A stretch of DNA of 64,000 nucleotides from an uncultured bacterium (GTDB lineage Bacteria; Armatimonadota; Hebobacteria; CAIYQO01): NCBI GenBank assembly GCA_903928345.1, contig CAIYQO010000273.1, forward strand, positions 4,828 through 68,827. The letters are read 5' to 3'. Below the pieces are notes generated by a model. The model was not told the DNA's origin. It made no database searches and was given only the letters and a program-made list of their open reading frames with translations. Made by a program: the position numbers and the translations under genes. Shown here in pieces: positions 28,133-38,800 of this stretch; position 1 is the first letter of the stretch; each line of letters opens with the position of its first letter.

Positions 28133-30121
28133 CTATACCGGCGTGGTAATCTCCACCCTGGCGCCCATCACGGCTACGTCGCGGGCGGGGAGCCAGATGT
28201 GCTGCGGGTGCACGGTACGGGTGAGGGCATTCTGCAGTGCGCGGGGGAGTTCCACCTGTAGCGGGCGATCGGTGTGGTTGATGAGGATGTACAGCTCCCG
28301 ACCGCCTCCCACGCGGCGGCACACCTCCACGCCCTCCGGCACCGGGCCGAAGGGGGGCGCCAGGCGGCTGGCCCCGGTCATCCAGGAGACCACCCGGCGG
28401 GTGAGCGGTACGTCGAGCCAGGCGGCGAGATACGTCAGGCGGCCATTGCCCACCTTGCGGGTCACCATGGCCGGTTGCTCATCGAGCCAGCCGTTGCCGG
28501 TGCCGTAACGCAGCTTCACTTCCACGTTGTCGGCATCCACCTTCAGCCACTCCGCCCAGATCGTCGCCTCGCCGTCCTCCCACGCGCCGGTGACGGGCAC
28601 CGGGGTATCGAGGGCATAGTACTCCTCCACGTGGGCGCCCAGCGACCACGCCAGCGGGCCGGGTTGCCGCACGGGGAGGAGGGCGTTGTCGAAGGCGTTT
28701 TTGAAGCCGGAGCGCGGCCCGAGCATCAAGTGCCCGCCCTCCTCGACGTACTTGAGCAGGTGCTCGCTGATCTCGTCGTCCACCAGATGCAGGTGCGGCG
28801 CGATGACCAGCTTGTACGCGCTCAGCGGCGCGCTCGGGTGCAGGATATCCACCCCAAACGACATGGCGCGCAGCGGGCGGTAGAAAGACAGCAGGTGCTC
28901 CACCGGGTCGAAATCCTTGTGGAAGCGCTGCCCGTTGATCGCCCAGCGGTCGTCGTAGCTGTGTAAAATCGCCACTTCCGAGGCCGGCGTGGTGCCGCGC
29001 AGGAACTTGGCCACCGAGGTGAACTCCTTGCCCAGCTTGCTCACTTCCTCGTACAGCGGGCGCGGGTTGCCGTCGGGGGCGACCAGGCAGCCGTGGTACT
29101 GCTCCTGCCCGTTGAGGGCGCTGCGCCATTGCCAGTAGCTGACCACCTCGGCGCCGTGCCCCACCGCGTGCCACGCCATGCAGCGCACTTCGCCGCGGTC
29201 CAGCGCGTTGTTCACCCCGGCCCAGTTCACCGACCCCGGCTGCGTCTCCAGCACCAGGAAGTTGCGCCGCTTGAAGCCGCGTGTCAGGTCGTGCGCCGCC
29301 CCGTTGCTCAGGTAGTTGAGATGCCCGGTGCCCACGTAGTTGTCCCACGAGGCGATCTCCAGGTCTTCGCAGAGCTTGTAGTGGTCGAACAGGTCGAACC
29401 ACCCCATGAAGTTGTGCGTGATCCACTGCCGCGGCTCGGCGAATTGGCGAATCGCATCGATCTGGGTCTTCTGGTAGGACCGAAGGAGGTCGGTCACGAA
29501 GCGCTTCCAGTCCAGCGTCAGTCCCGGGTTGTGCCCGGCGCGCAGCGGGAAGGGCAATTGCGACCAGTCGGTATATTCCTGGCTCCAATAGCTGGTTGTC
29601 CAATGGCTGTTGAGCGCATCCAGTGTGCCGTACTTCGCCATCAGCCACGCCTGCCACTGCGCCAGGGTCTCCGCGTCGTACGAGACATGGTTGTACTCGT
29701 TGTCGATCTGCCAGCCGATCACCTGCGGGTGCTTGCCGAAGCGCTCGGCCAGGGCGCCCGCGATGCGCGCGCAGTAGGTGCGATACGTCGCGCTGGCCGG
29801 GTTGAAGTGGCCACGCGCTCCGTGCACCTCGGGCCGCCCATCCTCGCGGATGGCCAGCACCTCCGGGTGCGCCTGCGTCAGCCAGGCCGGCGGCGCCGCG
29901 GTGGGGGTGCCGAGTACCACCATCATGCCCTGCGCCGTCGCCAGCGTCACCGCGCGCTCCAGCCAGTCCAGCGCCATTTGCCCGTCCTGCGGCTCCAGGC
30001 GGCTCCAGGCGAACTCACCCACCCGCACCAGCGAAATATTGGCCTCGCGCATCAAGCGAATGTCGTCAGCCCACCGCGACTCGTCCCAGTGTTCGGGATA
30101 CCATGCACAACCCAGGATCAT
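28133..30121 (-). CDS. beta-galactosidase, GH42 (second paralogue)
   Basis: GCAWYPEHW, GEFAWSRLEP, WQIDNE, LETQPG.VNW, GQEQYHG. Confidence 0.93.
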   Translation of the reverse strand: MILGCAWYPEHWDESRWADDIRLMREANISLVRVGEFAWSRLEPQDGQMALDWLERAVTLATAQGMMVVLGTPTAAPPAWLTQAHPEVLAIREDGRPEVHGARGHFNPASATYRTYCARIAGALAERFGKHPQVIGWQIDNEYNHVSYDAETLAQWQAWLMAKYGTLDALNSHWTTSYWSQEYTDWSQLPFPLRAGHNPGLTLDWKRFVTDLLRSYQKTQIDAIRQFAEPRQWITHNFMGWFDLFDHYKLCEDLEIASWDNYVGTGHLNYLSNGAAHDLTRGFKRRNFLVLETQPGSVNWAGVNNALDRGEVRCMAWHAVGHGAEVVSYWQWRSALNGQEQYHGCLVAPDGNPRPLYEEVSKLGKEFTSVAKFLRGTTPASEVAILHSYDDRWAINGQRFHKDFDPVEHLLSFYRPLRAMSFGVDILHPSAPLSAYKLVIAPHLHLVDDEISEHLLKYVEEGGHLMLGPRSGFKNAFDNALLPVRQPGPLAWSLGAHVEEYYALDTPVPVTGAWEDGEATIWAEWLKVDADNVEVKLRYGTGNGWLDEQPAMVTRKVGNGRLTYLAAWLDVPLTRRVVSWMTGASRLAPPFGPVPEGVEVCRRVGGGRELYILINHTDRPLQVELPRALQNALTRTVHPQHIWLPARDVAVMGARVEITTPV

Positions 30122-30171
30122 CGGGATACCTCGGATTCAGAATATAGGATTACCGCGTCAACCACGGTTCA

Positions 30172-30294
30172 CCACCGGGTAAACCCGGTGGCTGATCGTC
30201 TCAAGCACGCTAAAGCGCGCTGGTACGGTGTGTCCATACACCTCAGCCGGTTTCAACCGGCTTGAGTTCGTCAGCCATCGGCTTCAGCCGGTGG
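30172..30294. mobile_element. gene-less inverted pair of double-hairpin REP-like arms
   Basis: left ccaccggg-taaa-cccggtgg..ctcaag-cacgc-taaa-gcgcg-ctg; right arm reverse complement ccaccggc-tgaa-gccgatgg..ctcaag-ccggt-tgaa-accgg-ctg. Confidence 0.75.
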
Positions 30295-30295
30295 C

Positions 30296-30802
30296 TCACC
30301 GCCACGTCACGATCTCTTCCAGCGCCTTGCGCGGGCGGGGGTCGGGAGTGGCGACGGGGTAGCCCAGCGGGGTCATCGCCACCGGCACGTGTGCGGCGGG
30401 CAATTGCAGCGCCGCGCGCACCACGGCGGGGTCGAAGGCGCAGATCCAGCAACTGCCCAGCCCCTCTGCCGTCGCTGCCAGCACCAGGTGCTCGGTGAAG
30501 ATCGCCAGGTCCACGTCGGCGTGGTTCTTCGCGTCCCACGCGCGCACCCACGCGTCGTCGGGCAGGCTGCACGCCACCAGCACCACCGGCGCTTCCGCCG
30601 CCCACGTGTGGCGCTCGTGCGGGAAGAGCGCCAACCGGGTCGCCTCCACGCGCACCACGTACAGGTGCCAGGGTTGCTTATTGCACGCCGAGGGCGCCAG
30701 CCGGGCCGCCTCCAGCACGCGGCCCAGCGCCGCGTCCGGCACCGGATCGGTGCGATAGGCGCGCACGCTGCGGCGGGTTTGCACGACGTCGGCGAAGTCC
30801 AT
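30296..30802 (-). CDS. nitroreductase family protein
   Basis: RRSVRAY, APSACNKQPW, LAATAEGLGSCWI, LGYP, RK. Confidence 0.93.
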   Translation of the reverse strand: MDFADVVQTRRSVRAYRTDPVPDAALGRVLEAARLAPSACNKQPWHLYVVRVEATRLALFPHERHTWAAEAPVVLVACSLPDDAWVRAWDAKNHADVDLAIFTEHLVLAATAEGLGSCWICAFDPAVVRAALQLPAAHVPVAMTPLGYPVATPDPRPRKALEEIVTWR

Positions 30803-30960
30803 CATCGGCTCCTGCGGGAGTAAAGCTGTGTTCTCCTTCGGCATCCCACCCGGCGGTTCCTGCCGCTTTTTGTCGGCGCTTCCGGCGAACCCGCGAATCG
30901 TGCCTTGTCCCCCTTCCGCCCCGGTGCTATAATGACGCGGAGCGAAAGGAGCGGGTCGTT

Positions 30961-31248
30961 ATGGCGCTGAGTCGGGAAGAAATCGCCCATGTGGCGTTGT
31001 TGTCGCGGCTGCACTTCACGGAGGAGGAGCTAGCGCGCTTCACCGAGCAGATGAACGATATCCTGCTGCACTTCGAGACGTTGCAAGAAGCCGACACCAG
31101 TGCCATCGCCGCCACCACCCACGTGGTGCCGATGGTGAACGTATTGCGCGACGATGTGCCCTGCCCCAGCCTGCCGCCCGACACCGCCCTGGCCAACGCC
31201 CCGGAACGCGTGGACGACCTCTTCAAAGTACCGCGCGTCGTGGAGTAA
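30961..31248 (+). CDS. gatC: Asp/Glu-tRNA amidotransferase subunit C
   Basis: LSREEIAHVALLSRL, NVLRDD, LANAP, FKVPRV; TATAAT at 30928 and SD aaggag. Confidence 0.93.
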   Translation: MALSREEIAHVALLSRLHFTEEELARFTEQMNDILLHFETLQEADTSAIAATTHVVPMVNVLRDDVPCPSLPPDTALANAPERVDDLFKVPRVVE

Positions 31249-31253
31249 CCCGC

Positions 31254-32366
31254 ATGTCCGTCGAGACCCTGTCCCTGGAAGCGCTGCTGGCGACGATTCA
31301 GCCGGATGCGCACGCCATCGCCGAAGGCCGCCGCCGCATGATCGATGTGTGGCACGGCCGCCCCACCGACAGTCTGCCTCTCTGCTTCGGCGCCGTCCCG
31401 CCGCAAGGCGTGATGCCGAACACCGATATGCGCCGCCACGTGAACGATCCCGACCAGATGCTCTACGACACCGCCGTGGGGTTGGCGGCGACGGCGCGCG
31501 CGGGCTCCGACGCCCAGCTCGCCCTGCGCGTGAACACCGGCACCGGCACGCTGGCCACGGCGGCGGGGTGCGGCCAACTGCCCTCCGACCACGGTCTGCC
31601 CTGGACGGAGCACATCACCCGCGCACAAATCGACGCCTTCGACCCCGACACCAACCTCGCCACTTTGGGTCTGTTGCCGCAACTCAAGGCGTGGTACGCC
31701 CGCTTCCGCGCGCAGCTTCCCACATGTGTCGGCTTCTTCTGCGCCGACACGCAGGGGCCCTTCGCGCTGGCGCACCTGCTCTACGGCGACGATATCTTTT
31801 ACGATGTCTACGACGATCCCGGCTTCGTGCACGCGCTGCTGGAGAAGACCACCGCCCTCTATATCAACGCGACGCGGCTGATGAAGGAGTGGATCGGGGA
31901 GCCGCTGGACGGCGGCCTGCACTTCTCCTTCGCGCTGGCGAACGGCGGGGTACGCGCCTGCGAAGACACCTCCACCCTCCTCGCGCCGAACACCATCGAC
32001 ACCTTCGTGCTGCCCTATCAGGCGCGCGCGCTGGCGCCCTTCGGCGGCGGTTTCATTCACTACTGCGGGAACCACGACGCGCTCTACCGCGGCTGCGTGG
32101 ACAACCCGTGGGTGCGCGGCCTGAACTTCGGCAACCCGGAGCGCCACGATTTCAGCGTCATCCTCCCCGAGCTGATCGCGCGCGGCAAGTGCTACGCCGG
32201 CGAGATCAACCGCCTGGACGACGAGTCGCTGGACGCCTACTTCCGCCGCGTAGTCGGCTACACCCAGGGCGCCAAACGAGGCCTGATCCTCACCCCCGTG
32301 CTGCACCCCGACGAAACCGCCGACCCCGCCCGCGTGCTCGACACCTGGCGCGGCGTGCAGGAATGA
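31254..32366 (+). CDS. UROD/MetE-like (uroporphyrinogen decarboxylase / MtaA-type) protein
   Basis: DTQGPF.LA.LL.G, DDP..VH.LL, ED....L.P....F.LPY, IHYCG. Confidence 0.65.
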   Translation: MSVETLSLEALLATIQPDAHAIAEGRRRMIDVWHGRPTDSLPLCFGAVPPQGVMPNTDMRRHVNDPDQMLYDTAVGLAATARAGSDAQLALRVNTGTGTLATAAGCGQLPSDHGLPWTEHITRAQIDAFDPDTNLATLGLLPQLKAWYARFRAQLPTCVGFFCADTQGPFALAHLLYGDDIFYDVYDDPGFVHALLEKTTALYINATRLMKEWIGEPLDGGLHFSFALANGGVRACEDTSTLLAPNTIDTFVLPYQARALAPFGGGFIHYCGNHDALYRGCVDNPWVRGLNFGNPERHDFSVILPELIARGKCYAGEINRLDDESLDAYFRRVVGYTQGAKRGLILTPVLHPDETADPARVLDTWRGVQE

Positions 32367-32371
32367 GTACG

Positions 32372-32493
32372 AACCACAAAGGCACAAAGGACACAAAGGG
32401 GTACGCGAAGAAAAAGTAAACGGCTTCGCCGGACTAGTCGCGAAGCAAGCCCTTCTCTTTGCGCGTTCTTCTGTTCTTTGCGTCTTTGCGGTT
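32372..32493. repeat. 9-nt periodic (CACAAAGG)n inverted repeat, family B copy 1
   Basis: aaccacaaaggcacaaaggacacaaagg ... ctttgcgtctttgcggtt. Confidence 0.85.
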
Positions 32494-32520
32494 AACCGTC
32501 TTCTTCCATAAGGAGCAATT

Positions 32521-33342
32521 ATGTCGACACTTTCCCTCGGTGTGATGTCCTCGCTCGGGCCGGAGCCGGAGGCGGCCTTTGCCGCGGTGCGCGAGATGGG
32601 GCTGACGACGTGCCAGTTGGCGAACTGGGACCCGCTGAACGTGTCGCGGGAGCTGGTGGCGCGGACGCGCACCGCCGCGGAGGCCGCCGGGGTGACGATC
32701 ACCCTCTTCTGGTGCGGCTATTCCGGCCCGGTGGTGTGGGACTACGTGGACGGCCCGGCGACGATCGGACTGGTACCGCCGGAGACGCGGGCGCTGCGCG
32801 TGCGCGAACTCAAGCACGGCGCCGACATCGCGCGGCAGCTCGGTGTACCGGACATCGCCACCCACGCCGGCTTCATGCCCCTCAACCCGAAGGACCCGAA
32901 CTACCTCGGCCTGGTGGACGCGGTGACCGACGTCGCCGCCTACTGCGCCGAGTTGGGGCTCTACTTCGACTTCGAGACGGGCCAGGAAACCCCCATGGTG
33001 CTGCTGCGCTGCATCCAGGACACCGGCCTCACCAACCTGGGCATCAACCTCGACCCCGCCAACCTGCTCATGTACGGCAACGGCAATCCCGTGGACGCGC
33101 TGGACGTCTTCGGCCCCTACGTGCGCGGCGTGCACGCCAAAGACGGCGAATATCCCACCAACGGCCACCAACTCGGCGAGGAAAAAGCCCTCGGCGCCGG
33201 CCGCGTGAACTTCCCCACCCTCATCCCCAAGCTCAAGTCCTTCGGCTACGCCGGCGCCCTGACCATCGAACGCGAAATCAGCGGCCCGCAGCAGAATTTG
33301 GATATCCAGCAGGCGATGGACCTGCTGACGCCGTTGCTGTAA
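32521..33342 (+). CDS. sugar phosphate isomerase/epimerase (AP endonuclease 2 TIM barrel)
   Basis: H.GF.P, ETGQE, NLDPANL.MYG, VHAKDG, G.GRVNF, TIEREISG. Confidence 0.9.
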   Translation: MSTLSLGVMSSLGPEPEAAFAAVREMGLTTCQLANWDPLNVSRELVARTRTAAEAAGVTITLFWCGYSGPVVWDYVDGPATIGLVPPETRALRVRELKHGADIARQLGVPDIATHAGFMPLNPKDPNYLGLVDAVTDVAAYCAELGLYFDFETGQETPMVLLRCIQDTGLTNLGINLDPANLLMYGNGNPVDALDVFGPYVRGVHAKDGEYPTNGHQLGEEKALGAGRVNFPTLIPKLKSFGYAGALTIEREISGPQQNLDIQQAMDLLTPLL

Positions 33343-33349
33343 GTATCAT

Positions 33350-33439
33350 CCCCGTTGGGAGCGCGAGCGTACCCGCGAGCTTTCCCCGTTGGGGGGCGAG
33401 CGTACCCGCGAGCCATGAGCGGGTACGCTCGCGCTCCCA
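33350..33439. repeat. REP-like cluster (two direct and one inverted unit), family F
   Basis: gggagcgcgagcgtacccgc unit twice, then gcgggtacgctcgcgctccc. Confidence 0.85.
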
Positions 33440-33584
33440 TAGACGGCCGTGGTGGTGGTTCCGCGCTGGCGTATTTGTGTTTGCAACAGGCGACGATTCA
33501 CCGCCCTCCCCGCGGTAGGTAAATCCGCCCCTCACACCGAATGCATCACCTGAGTACCACGATCGTCGTCACCAGGAGGCTCTC

Positions 33585-35828
33585 ATGCGTCTCAGCATCC
33601 TCACGCTGCTCCTCTGCCTCGCCCTCGCCGCCTGGGCGAAGTCCGACCATCTTATCCCCGGGTTGCCGGTGTATCCGGCGTATCCGGATGAGCATGCCGA
33701 ATATATCAAAAGCGGCTCGCTCAACCTGTCGTTGTCGCTGAATGGGGCGGTGCAGCAGGACATGGGGGGAGGCGCGCGACGGGAATTCACCGGGCATATG
33801 GCGGCACAGGAGAAGGTGACCTTATCCCCGAACGGCGGCAAACGTACCTACGATATGCATGGAACGGGCAAAATCGTCATCATCGGTGGCGACGGTAAGC
33901 GCATCGCGTCCACCTATACGCACGATGGCGGCAACAGCGAAGCGGTGCCGGAGATGCGTCCCGGGCAAGGCCCGCTGGGGCCGGTGGCGGTGTGCGATAA
34001 ACTCAAATGCTGTGCGGCCTACTTGTCCGGCATATATCCGGGCGATGACTGGCAGGTGGACGATATCACCGGGAAGGTGACGATGGAGATCGAAGGCGTC
34101 AGCGAGACCAATCCGTTCCCGGCGCATTTCAGCGCGCACCTCCCCTGCGTGGGACGGACGAACAACGTGCTCTCGACGACGATGAATGCCTGGGAAGGGA
34201 GCGGCAAAAACGGCGATGGCCTTCCCATGGGCGGCGCCTGCTACGTCGAGTGTCCGTGGACGAAGGGCGGCTGCAGCGGCTCGATCACCGTCGCGGTGGA
34301 GGCGCTGTGCAGCGGTGCCGAATACCAGATCAATACCGTGGCGGCCTCGCGTGCGCAGTATCCCGACGACGTACGCAAGGCCGCGAAGATGCTCTTCATC
34401 CCCGGTTCGTTGACCCTCGCCTGGTCGCTGAACGTGCAGCCGAAGGCGCAAAAGATGACGATTACCCCCCAGGATGCGGGGGCCTATGATAAATGGGTCC
34501 CGCTGCCGAAATTCGAACAACCGGCCGATACGCCGCCCATTGCCCTCTGCGCGGAGATGAAGGCGGAGCAGGACGGCGACCCGTCGCCGGCGGGGCGCAT
34601 CGACTTCTACCTGCGCAATGTCAGCCGCCACAAGGGGGAATGCGGTAATTTCCCGCGGAACCGCGGGGAGAAGTCCGATCTGCGCTTCACGGACGCGCAA
34701 CCGGACGGGATCAAAATCGATCCAGACGGCCAGCACGCCTGGACGGACAAACCCGTCTCCAAGGCGATCGTCTTGCTGGTCGCGGAGGATGGCGGCGCCT
34801 ACGGCAGCGTGCAGGCGGTGTGCGATGATCTACACCTCATCGCCGAGGATCCGACCGGACGGGTGATGCTGCACATGCCCAAGGATGAGAATGACAACCA
34901 CATCGCGGACGCCTGGGAGAAGGACAAGGGGGTGTATGACGACAACCTTCCGTCCGAGTGGGATGAGCCTCAGGTCGCCGGGCAGACGGTCAACGGCGAT
35001 GGGTTGCCTTTATATGACAAATACCGCGGCCTGCGCGTGGCGGAAGGCGACACCTGGGTCTACAAGCGTTTCCCGCCCAAACGCAAGTGCTTTTTCGTCC
35101 TCGACGATAACCACGTCTTCAACTCCGCCCTCTGGACGCACGCCGCGGATATCAATGCCTATGTCGTCACCGACGGCCTGGTGCAGGGTGGCGGTGACCC
35201 TGCCTCTTCGCGCTTGGTGGACTATTGCGCTGACAACGGCCACAAATACTGCGTGCGCATCGAAGTGATGAAAGGGCTGATCGAGAAAGACCCCCCTCCC
35301 AATGCGAACGGCGAAGCCGACACGCAATACGCCTATACGGATCAGCAGGGGGACACCCCGAAGACTGCCGAACGTCTCCGCATCTTCCCCGACCGCATCG
35401 GCGCCATGCTCGACCGCGTGGTGGCGTCGATCCGCCTGGGGGTGGCCGACCCCAAGAGTGAAGACGGGCAACGGCTGCACGATGTGGCCGGTATCACCGA
35501 TGCCGATGCGAACGCGGCGCTGGCGCAATGGAACCCCGCAACCCGCGCCGCCCTCGTCAAGCAGATGGTCGCCATCAGCGCCATCCACGAATGCGGTCAC
35601 GCCTGCGGCCTCGCCGGCCACTGCAACGCCGAAAAGAATGAAGACGAGAACATCGCCGGCGATCCCGCCTGCCCCATGCAATATTTGAACCAGGCCACCC
35701 GCCGCCAATTCATCGTCAAGACCATCCTCAGCGGCGGCCTGCAAAAACCGTTGCCGTTGAGCTATGACCATTTTTGCAAAACCGGAAATTTTAAGTGTTT
35801 TTCGGGATTGAATGTGAAGGATGAATAA
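33585..35828 (+). CDS. secreted Cys-rich hypothetical protein with C-terminal zincin-like HExxH motif
   Basis: signal peptide; DENDNHIADAWE; NGDGLPLYDKYRG; AIHECGHACGLAGH..CPMQY. Confidence 0.7.
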   Translation: MRLSILTLLLCLALAAWAKSDHLIPGLPVYPAYPDEHAEYIKSGSLNLSLSLNGAVQQDMGGGARREFTGHMAAQEKVTLSPNGGKRTYDMHGTGKIVIIGGDGKRIASTYTHDGGNSEAVPEMRPGQGPLGPVAVCDKLKCCAAYLSGIYPGDDWQVDDITGKVTMEIEGVSETNPFPAHFSAHLPCVGRTNNVLSTTMNAWEGSGKNGDGLPMGGACYVECPWTKGGCSGSITVAVEALCSGAEYQINTVAASRAQYPDDVRKAAKMLFIPGSLTLAWSLNVQPKAQKMTITPQDAGAYDKWVPLPKFEQPADTPPIALCAEMKAEQDGDPSPAGRIDFYLRNVSRHKGECGNFPRNRGEKSDLRFTDAQPDGIKIDPDGQHAWTDKPVSKAIVLLVAEDGGAYGSVQAVCDDLHLIAEDPTGRVMLHMPKDENDNHIADAWEKDKGVYDDNLPSEWDEPQVAGQTVNGDGLPLYDKYRGLRVAEGDTWVYKRFPPKRKCFFVLDDNHVFNSALWTHAADINAYVVTDGLVQGGGDPASSRLVDYCADNGHKYCVRIEVMKGLIEKDPPPNANGEADTQYAYTDQQGDTPKTAERLRIFPDRIGAMLDRVVASIRLGVADPKSEDGQRLHDVAGITDADANAALAQWNPATRAALVKQMVAISAIHECGHACGLAGHCNAEKNEDENIAGDPACPMQYLNQATRRQFIVKTILSGGLQKPLPLSYDHFCKTGNFKCFSGLNVKDE

Positions 35829-35856
35829 GGCTTCATGCTCTCACAAGTAACCTTTG

Positions 35857-38800
35857 TCACCCCACCCCATCCCCGTCCAGCACCTCCACCGTGTCCGCGC
35901 CGCCTTCCTTGCGCAGCAGGGCGAGGCGGCCGGTGAGCGTGCGGCCTTGCTTGGTGACGGGGAAATCGTCTTTCGAATACAGCAGCGTGTCGGCGAAGGC
36001 GGTGCCGTGCAGGTCGACGCCGTCGATGTGCACGGCGTGATCCGCCGCGGTGACGGTGAAGGGGGTCTCGCCGGGGCCGAGGGGCTGCGCCACCCACAGG
36101 TAGTCGCGCTCGCACGGCTGCCCGCAGAGCAGGTAGCGCATCGGGCCGATAAGCCCCTCCTCGAAGGTCGGCGCATCGGGGGCGATGAACGTCACGAGGA
36201 GATCCACCCCGTCCAAGCCGTGGAAGCGCACGCGCGGGCCGTCTACCGTGATGCGCGAGGCCAGCGCGTTGAGGCGCAGCCACGAGGGGTAGATGGAAAA
36301 ATCGATGCGGTCCCACACCAGCAGGTAGCGGTTGCGCGCGAAGAGCAGGTGGCGGAAGTATTCCACATGCTCGACGGGGTGAATGTCGCGCCAGTGGGTG
36401 GTGCGCACGCGGTTGTAACTCAAGTCGGCGACCACATAGTCCACTGCATCGCCGAAGCGCACCACACGCTCGCTGCCCTGACGCTCCGCCGACCAGCCGC
36501 TCTGCCGCTCTGCGCCGAACATCACCGCGTTGTGCACCTTGGTATCGTAGCCCGGCTGGGTGGCGCCGTCGCGCGCCGTGTCTTTCCCATAGTAGCCGAA
36601 GTCGGGGATGAGCAGCGACCCGCGCGAGATAAGCGTGATGTGCCCGTGGTCGAAGCCCCAGTGGTGAGTGGCGCGTCCGCCACGGAAGAAGAGGCTGGTC
36701 TCCGAAGGCCGCCCCACGTCGGCGCGGTGCAGCGTGCCGACGTGCATAAAGCGCCGGCTGTGCAGCGTGGGCGCCAGCGGCGGCACGTCGGGCTGCAGCG
36801 CCTGCAGGTAAACAAATTCGAACTGCGGGAAGTATGGCCCCCACAACGGCGCCCCGTTTTCGCGCCAGGCCGCCAGCGCGCGGGCGGCCAGCGCGGGGTT
36901 GTGCGCGCGCATCTCCCACGCCGCGTGGGCCAGCAGCGGTTGCACGGGCGCCTCGGTGCAATTCATCCCCGTGTCACCGATCGCGGGCCAGTAACGCCGC
37001 GGCACATCGGCGCCCGCGCCCGTCACCAAATGCTCCACCGTCGCGGCACGCGGCGCGCCCAGGTAGTCCACCAGCGTCTCCAGCGCTCCTTGCATCACCG
37101 GGTCGGCGAAGAGGTCGGGGCCACCGTGACGCTTCACCACGCTCGCCAGCGCCAGCATGTTGTGGTACAGGTGCCCGAAGTAGCCGATGGACTCCTTGTA
37201 CACCCCGCCAGGGAAGAAGTGCGCCGACAACTGGTCGCGCAACTGCGCCGTCGCGTTGTCGCGCCAGGCGACAGCCTGCGGGTGCGTATGAAAGACGGCG
37301 GCAAAGAGCGCAAGGTTGAAGTAGACGTCGGTCTGGAAGTTCGGCGTACCGAAGACGTCGCTGTAGTTCTCCATGATGAGCCAGTTGCGCGCCGAGTGCG
37401 GGTGGTCGGGCGACAGGTAGTTCTGCGCGCTGGGGAAGAGCGCCTGGTCGGCGCTGGCGTAGGCGAAGAGGAGCATCACCGTGCGTAAACGATCAATCTG
37501 CGCGGCATCCAGCGCGCCCAGCGCCACGCACGCCTCGAAAAAGACCGCCAACGGCCCCAGGTTGCGGTTCGCCACCGCCGACATGGCATCGGAGAGGAAG
37601 CCGGTGTGCAGCACCAGGGCGAGCTTGTACTCGTAGGTATCCAGCAGCGCCACCGCCAACTTTTGCGCCGCCGCGGCGTCGTGCTGCAGGAAGACGCGGG
37701 CGAAGCAGGTACCCGGATCGTCGCGCAGCAGCACGTCGCCCAGTTCGGCGGCGAGGGCCGCGAAGAGCGGCGCCTTCTCCGCGTATTCGGCGTGGGTGAG
37801 CAGCGCCTGCGGGAAAGCGTCCGGCGTCGGGGTGGCGGACGTCAGGTCCATGCGACGCACGGCGTCCAGCGGCAGGTCGTTCAGCTTGCGATGCCAGACC
37901 GTGAGGATCGACGCGCTGCGCGTGCCGCCGGCGAAGGGGTAGGTGTAGGGGGTGAGCAGTGCCGCGCGCGGCAGCACCACCAGGCACCACGCCCGCGTGC
38001 CGCGTGCCACCGCCCCGCGCGCCACCGCGCGCCGCCCCTCCAGTGCCTCGAAGCGCAGCGTGCTCTCGCCGGGATACTCCCACGTCCACGGGTGGTGCGC
38101 CAGGAAGATCAGCGTGTCGGCGTAGGGGTACACCTCATTCTCACCGATGCCGCGAAAGGTGCCCTGCGGCCGCCGCGACTGCCCGAACCCGAGCCACGGA
38201 TAGGCGAGCTGGTGGTTGGTGTGGTGCGGCGCCAGCGAGCCGAGGTAAAAGGGTGCGGGCGGCAGGGGGTTGAACGCCTGGTCGCGGATGTCTTCTACGC
38301 CGTCGTAGATATACACATCAGAGGGAAAGTCGCGCGTGACGTCGATCTCCAGCGCCCCAGCGCGCTCGAGGCCCGCCGTCTCTTCGACGTAGAGCAGGGG
38401 ATGGTCGGCAAACAGGGTGGCCGTCCACACGTAGGCCCGCCCGTCGAACATCGTCACGGTATAGGTATATCGGGCGAAGACGGGGCCGCGCGCGTTAACC
38501 TCCACCGCCACCGTCGGCGGGATCTCCTCCGCGGCGATGGCCTGTGGGTCGACGCGCGCGATGTTGGCGCGGTCGAAGGGAATATGGCGCGATTTGGCCA
38601 CCGTCAGCCGGCTGCCTGCGCGCGGCAGGCCGTCCGACCCCATCACCCACGCCAGCGGCCCGGTCAGCTCCCACCGGTCGCCTAGGTCGCGCACCAGGGT
38701 CTCCGTCGCCAGCGCCACCGCGCATGCCGCGTTGCGGAAGACGACGACCCCCGCCTGCGCCTCCACCGTCAGGCTTGTGGCGGGTGCGGCATCGGCGGGG

